Shown here in pieces: positions 53,481-64,000 of a DNA stretch of 64,000 nucleotides. The stretch is from the human T2T-CHM13v2.0 reference genome, Homo sapiens. The translations under genes were made by a program, and so were the position numbers. The stretch lies in NCBI RefSeq assembly GCF_009914755.1, contig NC_060926.1; one strand, 5' to 3'. Each line of letters starts with the position of its first letter. Within the stretch, counting starts at the first letter, position 1. The notes below the pieces were generated by a model. It saw only the letters and a list, made by a program, of their open reading frames with translations, was not told the origin of the DNA and did no database searches.

Positions 53481-55979
53481 TTATTTATAAATGTTTATCA
53501 ATTAATAGATTTATTAGTTGGTTTATGCCACTAAACTATTGTCTTACTCCTCTTCCAACTAAGACTAGATTCTCTTTGTGGTTGTGTCTTCTCCATTACA
53601 GCGTTTTACAAAAAATCAATATGTGTAATATGGGTTTCTCCTCCCTCAATTACAATCCTGCACTCTTATAGTAGACACAATCCTATAAATATAATTGGCT
53701 AGAGTCAATGTTTTATTTTTAATCTAAGATAATTTTTAAATAAATAATAAACTTTGTATATAATGATACTTTAAAATATATTAAAAGTATCTTAATATAA
53801 TATCCATATTATCATGTGAAAAAGAACATGAATACTTTACCGATATTAAACTTCAATGTTGGTATGTTCTTGTGATAATTTATACTCCTGATTCTGTCTT
53901 TATTACACTAGAATAAAAGAGTATTTTTGCAATAGAGATTATCTCCGAGAATCTGTGAGCTGGCATGTTTTACAGAGGAAAAATGATGAAAAAAAATGGT
54001 TCAATAATAGTCTCAATGGCAGAAGCATCTTCTTGAACACTCAGAAGGAGTTCAGGTATGACAGGGGCAACAAGGAAATACAGTAACAGTATTATATTAC
54101 ATTAGTATAAACAATAAAGTGGGTTGATCTTGTATCTAGAATAAGTGGGAAGAGGCTAACAGTAATTGAGGAAATGATCTAATTAAAATAGGGTTTCTGT
54201 AAAGAAGTAGAATTTCTTTAATTAAACAATAGACTGACACGTTGGACAAACTGCATTAGAGTATAGCTTGTGTTTCATCATTTTGGCAACCTATTGTGAC
54301 AAAAAATAAGAATGCAGAGCACTAATCTGGCTTATAACATTCTGAGAAAGAGGTTCCAGAATAGAGTTCTGAAATAATTCCACATAGTTTTATCTCTGTC
54401 ATTCATTTCCCATTGATTCTATGTAGGCCACATTAGTTCAAAAGCATTTCACTAAAACATAGTACTCTTCCCCTTTCCCCTGCTCAAAGTAAAATCCAAT
54501 CTAAGAATTACTGGTGTCACTCTAGAGATTGAGAGCCAGAGACTCATATTCTACCACTTACTAAAGCAAAATCTCCATGGGGATGGTGAAGAGGGAGAAA
54601 ACGCTTGTCTTATTATTTGTACTTCCATCCTCCCTCTCAAGGAATCTAGCACTTCTTGGTGCCCATTAAATTGTAGGTGTATAAAGTAAGACATTAATAA
54701 TTGATTTCAAAAAAATAAATTTTCTTCCGGGTATTAAACATAAGCTTAACTAGAACAGTAAATATCAGACAAGGTAGGAAGGCTAATTTTTAATCTTCTG
54801 TTTCCTTTTTTGAGAAGGGATCAAAGAAAAGATCCAAAACAATTAGAAGTACTGTACTAGAAGTTTTATGATTATCTTTACTCTGAGATTCTATAAGGTA
54901 TGTTTTTCAAGGTAATTGCTACCCATAATTCTGAGAAATAAATTCACACCTTGCTCACAGATTTTGGAGTCCAATTGCCAAATAAGCCCAATGTTTGCCC
55001 CCACTTGGGCTTGATCAACAATATGACAAGTAGGAAACTGCCCAAAGTTTTGGGCTCTCTTTAAATGACATCATTGTCCTGAAATCACCACATCTGCTGT
55101 CACTGATTAAGTGACCTCTAAAGTTGTGAATTTTGTCTCCAGATCATTCTTAATTCAATAAACACCAATTGAACTTCTACTATATTCTAACACGTTGTAA
55201 GAAATAGTAGGAATTTCAAAGGTAAACAGGACATGAATAAGTCAAAATCCAGTGAAAAAGACACACATACATACAGCAACATGTAACATAGTGTGATTGG
55301 TTTTCTAGATTAACTGTTTCACAGTTTGGTCCTCAAGAGAATAAAATACCAGCTGGCACTAATTCAATGACCAAGGCAGGGCTGAGGGTGAGGGCAGCAT
55401 TTTAGCATCAACTGGCCAGGCATGATAGAAGGAGACAAACTCATAGGCAAGTCCATTGTAAAAAGGAACTGCTGAAATAATCTGAAAAATTTATAGTTTC
55501 AGCTACAATTTTGCATGCTCTTATTCTTTTTGAATCCAAACTGCTGAAAGTGGTGAAATTTTTTTAAAAAAGTAAAACTTAAAAAAAATATTTTGGAGGG
55601 TCATGTCATGCCCTCAGCATTCAAATAATCAAAGTTTGTTTTGGGTCCTGAGGGAGACAGCTTCAAGTATCCTGCATAATTTAAGGAGATTCTGTTTCTT
55701 TGGTCTGCTTATGGGAGTCCTAAAAAATGTATTTTAAAGACAAAGGTAAAAATTGGAGCAGAAATATTAGCTCTCTTTCTATTTGTAATGCCCTGAGGTT
55801 TGAGAACAGCTCATATTTGTATGAACCCATGTCAGTGTCTATCATTTTAATGGTGACTAAATAAAGAGCGGTTTTTAAATTTTTCGAAAGTAGATAGGTC
55901 TTTCATTGACAGAGACAGATCTCTGTTGTATTTCATTTTCAACTCAGAGGCAAAGAAATAAGATGGCAGGATATAGTGA

Positions 55980-57120
<1,141 letters not shown>

Positions 57121-57484
57121 AATAAAATAAGCAATAATGGAAATTAATGGACAATTTAAACTATCTAAAGAAAATAAATGTAATGTGATCTTAAAGAGCG
57201 ATGCTATTTTGATACGTTGAGCATTACTTAGTTTTAATAGTTGATTTGTAAGGTTTATTTTAAGTGTGCTTGGATCATAATAATCCCAGATACTTAGAAT
57301 TTAATGCCACTTGGACTTCATGACCAATCTCAAAGTGACTGTGACAGAAGGGAATACTACATAGAAACTTTGGCATGTCCTAAAAGACAATCACTGGAAT
57401 GGCCTTGAGTATTTTAAAACAAAGTTATGCCTTTTTCTTCAAACAACTATTTGCTTTCAAGAAATAGCTCCTTGCTTAGAACTG

Positions 57485-57750
57485 AGGTAATACAGCACAG
57501 GGAGGTGTTAAGAATGCAGTCTTTGGAGGCAGACTGAGTTTGAATCTTATGATACTCTCTTATTAGCTGTAAGACAATGGACAGGACACTTGAACTACCT
57601 GTACCACATTTCCTTTCTGAAAAACAGGGGCAATAATAGTACTTACTTCATAGTTTCATTGTGATGATTACAGAAATTAATGTGCATAAAATGTTTATGA
57701 AAGTGTGTGACATATAGTCAATACCTCATTCATATTTTCTATCATCATTA
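57485..57750 (+). mobile_element. MIRb, near full length
   Basis: GTTAAGAATGCAGTCTTTGGAGGCAGAC...TTAGCTGT...GGGGCAATAATAGTACTTACTTCATAG. Confidence 0.85.
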
Positions 57751-57818
57751 CAACTCGATCCTGGTGGAAATGAAATGGCTGCCCTTGGAAAAACTAATAA
57801 TTATGCAACCTGAGCTAC

Positions 57819-58410
<592 letters not shown>

Positions 58411-59659
58411 CTACCTGACATAAATTGGATGCTATCTGGTCTGCCAAATGCTAAAGCCTATTCAATGGCATACCATTATCAAGTGGCTGTGTTACATACA
58501 CAATCAGGCTGAATTAAGCCCTAAAGAAGTCGCCCGCAAGTGTTGTGAATGGGTGGTTAAGACTTCCAGTGCACCTACGCTTGCTGCATTGCCACTTATT
58601 TCTCTACTCTTCATGAGATGCTCCCCCAGAACCAGTGAACAAGGAAGAGCATATTTCAACCTGGTTTAGAGACGACTCCTCATGATATTCTGGCCCCAGC
58701 TACAAATGGAGGGCTACAATGCATCTCATTGTCCTCTTTGTCAAAGGTTTGTCAGGGACTTGGAAATTCTGAAATTGAAGACTTGAGAAAAGGAGAATAT
58801 TGGAAAGAATCTTGTGGATGAGCCTCGTAGAATGAGAACAGAGTGTAAGAACGTCTACATCCATTCTAAATGTTCATCAAAGCATACCTGCTTTAGAAGA
58901 CACTCTCAGTAATCAGATAGGTAGGTGACCAATTCTGTGTCATAGTCTGTATATGCAAATTATGTATGTAAATCTCTTTACCTGGACACTTGTGTCCTTG
59001 CTCAAAGGCTCATAAACAAAGGGGTCAGAATGGTGGAAACAGAGGTTATACAAGGACTCTATAAATTGGACTTTCCTACAACATGGCTGATCTAACTGCT
59101 GCTGTTACTGCTGGGTACCCAGTCTTCCAAAGCAGAGATCAGTCTTGAATCTGATGTTGCATCACAATTCAAATGAATCTGATCATAGTTTGTTACTTTT
59201 TGACTCCAACTACTAAGGCTTGTCCTTCCTGGAGTAGCTACTTATTAAGGATATGAATATGTTTTCCCTGTTTACTATGACTTCTGCTAGCAAAGTTCCT
59301 GCAGTGTTAAGGTATTTCAGTTAACACTGCCTCTGACCAGGGAATTTAATAATAAAAGAAGTAAGACAATGGGTATATACCCTGGGCATGTACAGATCTT
59401 AGCACATTTTCTATCATTCAAAAGCAGTGGTCCTTATAAACAAGTGGAAAGAGCCTACAGAAAACCCAGTCATGGTGCCAGCTAGAGAATAACATCTTGC
59501 ATGATTGAATTCAGTCTCTCTGGAAGTAGAGATGAATATACATTTTTCGTTGAACCTTAATCTGTAACAAAGAAGACAACTAAACTAAAAAATTATTAGA
59601 AAATTTTGATATGAAGTGGACTTTTTACTCTGGTGACAGTTACATCTCTGATATACTAT

Positions 59660-59885
59660 ATCACATTGTTTCCCAAAGTATGTTTCCCAATTGCTATGTT
59701 TCCAGGATATGTTAGTCATTGCTTTGTTGTTATTTTAGAAAATCTGTAGTTAAACAAGGTTAAATAGGTTTCTTCATTATTGAACTTTTCAGAACCTAGA
59801 AGATGATAGTGTGCTTTGTGAATTTCTAAAAAGAGTACGTAGCATCGGCATATCCCAAATGTATTTGATCACAAAACCTTATTTT
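59660..59885. mobile_element. Old hAT-Charlie-type MITE (family uncertain; similar piece ~9965-10220)
   Basis: TGTTTCCCAAAGTATGTT...GTTAAACAAGGTTAAATAGG...CCCAAATGTATTTGATCACAAAACC. Confidence 0.4.
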
Positions 59886-60059
59886 TTGTGTGTGAACTAT
59901 TTATATTATTGTGCAACAGGGAAACATTCAGTGAAAAACTTAAGCAGATGTTTTGACTAATGGTATCTGGATAGTAATCAATCAAGTAAGTAGTAATGAT
60001 AAAACTACTGCTATTAGGTTTATAAAGAAATAGGAAACTGTAATAAAAAAGCACTGCAT

Positions 60060-60132
60060 GTGAGACGAGATCACACCACTGCATGCTAGCCTGGGTGAAA
60101 GAGTGAGACTCTGTCAAAAAAAAAAAAAAAAA
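60060..60132 (+). mobile_element. Extremely 5'-truncated Alu (~56 bp plus A17)
   Basis: GTGAGACGAGATCACACCACTGCA...GAGACTCTGTC followed by poly-A. TSD AAAAAGCACTGCAT / AAAAATCACTGCAT. Confidence 0.9.
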
Positions 60133-61610
60133 TCACTGCATAAATAGGTTGGTGGATTTGGTGTAAACATACTGTTCTGTAGAATTCTGTAAACATCTGT
60201 TAGCTTCAGGAAAGCTAGTATCTAGAAGTGACAAATTATCAACCAAAGAGTAGTTATATTCCCACTTTCCCAGTATCTCCATTTACTAGTATTCAGATCA
60301 AAGCGGTGAAACAGATGTTATATTCTGGATTCATAGACATTATTTAGTCAGGGAAACTTAAAAGTTTCTCAGAAAATATTGGAGGTTTATTCTTTTTTAT
60401 AGCCAGGTATCAGAATATGCAATTAATGTTCACAAAATCTAGAAGTAAGTTGATCAACAACTTTGTCAAATACAGAAAGTACCTGAATATCTACAAAGAA
60501 AGGCACAATTGTTTTTTATTTTCTGAACATTTTGAAACCAAGAAAAGGCATAGTATTCTCAGAAACTGACAAGCTACTAAATAAAGAAATGAAATTGTCG
60601 ATCTTCAACTGGCGCTTGAAGATACAAAAGTAACTAATGAATAATCCTGTTGACTCGGTTTGTTTTTGGTATTTCTAAAATTACAGAAAAAACTAGGAGG
60701 ACCTAAGTGACAGGCATGACATATTAACCTTTACAAATGAACAAGTACTTTAAATCCATGCACTGAAGGGGCATTTGATTTTTGTCTTCAGAAGAAGAAA
60801 ACCATTAAACACTTAATAGTGCTGTTAGAGCTCAAAAAGATCTGACATTTTAAATAAGTAATGCTGTGTAGCCTATCCTGTGACAAAAGTACCACTTATT
60901 TCAAACTTCCATTCTCTCCTCTATTTGCCTTATAAATGTCATTCTTTCCCAGATCAGGGTTATTTTAAGAGTAAATTATAAACTTCTTAGATTAAGTTTT
61001 CCCAAGTAGAACGGATATAAATATTTGAATTGGAAATCATGTTATTTAAAACAGGTCATCAGTTACTAGAAACAATTATTTCAAACACTAATGTTGTTGG
61101 CTGGTATGGGCTGTTACCACGGGATTTCTTGTGCCAATATTTTACTCAAGTTTTTTACCAATTTACAAGTGTTCATTTGATAATAGTTAATCAACAATAT
61201 GGATCATGCTCAGCCAAAATTGAACAAATTATTTACTCAATGAGCAGATCATAGTAAGAGGGTTAAACACGCAATTTCTAAAGCTTAATTTTGTATGTGT
61301 TACATTAAAGAAAAGTATGCAATTACCTCTCTATTTAAATCATTATAAGAAGCAAAGCTAGAAATTTTAACTCGAGGAAGGGGAAAGGTGGCTCATGTAG
61401 CCAGACAATATTACATACCTTATAAATTAGGGTTTTATCCTCTCTGGTTTATATAAACACTGCTATTTATCTAATTTGTTAAAATTAAAAACTCAAGTTT
61501 TACCGTTAGGTCTAAGGAGTTGCATGTTGAGTTCTCTAATATGCTGTTGATTATAGAAACTGTGACATAAAAGAATGATACTCTCTTGGTCAAGATCATT
61601 GGGAACCAGA

Positions 61611-61816
61611 AATACATGTATACATGTATAAAAACACACACACACACACGTGTGTGTGTATATATATATATACACCACCAGGACATATATATAAAACTGG
61701 GTGTGTATAACTGTATATATATATAACTGTGTGTAGGTATATATATATATACACACACACATATATACACACACATACATATATGTATAGATATAGATAT
61801 AGGTATAGGTATACAT
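61611..61816. repeat. Compound (CA)/(TG)/(TA) microsatellite
   Basis: Mixed alternating purine-pyrimidine runs. Confidence 0.92.
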
Positions 61817-62025
61817 AATTTTTCTACCTTCATGGTCAAAAACTCTTAAGCCCTAAAATAGCTGAAAGTGTCAGACTGGCAGAATTTCTAGATTAAAATA
61901 TTCACCCCTCAAAATAATAAACAAACATAACAAACCTTAGCTAAGGTATTCAAAACATGTTAGTTTTTTGATGTTTAAAATAATTTTTAGTGAGTGATAA
62001 AACGCTTAAAGTTGATAACACATTA

Positions 62026-64000
<1,975 letters not shown>

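Noticed and set aside
61471-61839. 122-aa and 107-aa ORFs
   Set aside because: Translation of a dinucleotide microsatellite.

Overview
AT-rich, CpG-depleted primate genomic DNA, most likely human because it carries an AluYa5 with no visible mismatch to the recalled consensus. It looks intergenic or deep-intronic. I recognise no host protein-coding exon, RNA gene, CpG island or prokaryote-type system. The long ORFs in the track are transposon-derived (L1 ORF2, MaLR internal ORF, antisense Alu). The window is a layered fossil record of mobile DNA: Alus (S-type and Ya5), L1PA3/4/5/13/16 and older L1M/HAL1, L2/MIR, MaLR LTRs (THE1, MST, MLT1), ERV1 and ERVL LTRs, an ERVL pol remnant, and MER2/MER5/HSMAR2 DNA transposons. 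The items most worth a second look are: (i) a complete two-LTR THE1D-type element with a 288-codon open internal frame, an intact DUX4-type motif in the 5' LTR and discordant LTR 3' ends; (ii) a ~120-bp RPSA retrocopy with a 15-bp TSD; (iii) a very young 5'-truncated AluYa5; (iv) a 33-bp octamer-containing direct repeat bracketing an exon-like, CRE/CpG-containing 600-bp block; (v) two multi-level nested insertions. Repeat subfamily names come from recalled consensus sequences, not from a search. I cannot claim a new biological system from this sequence alone.
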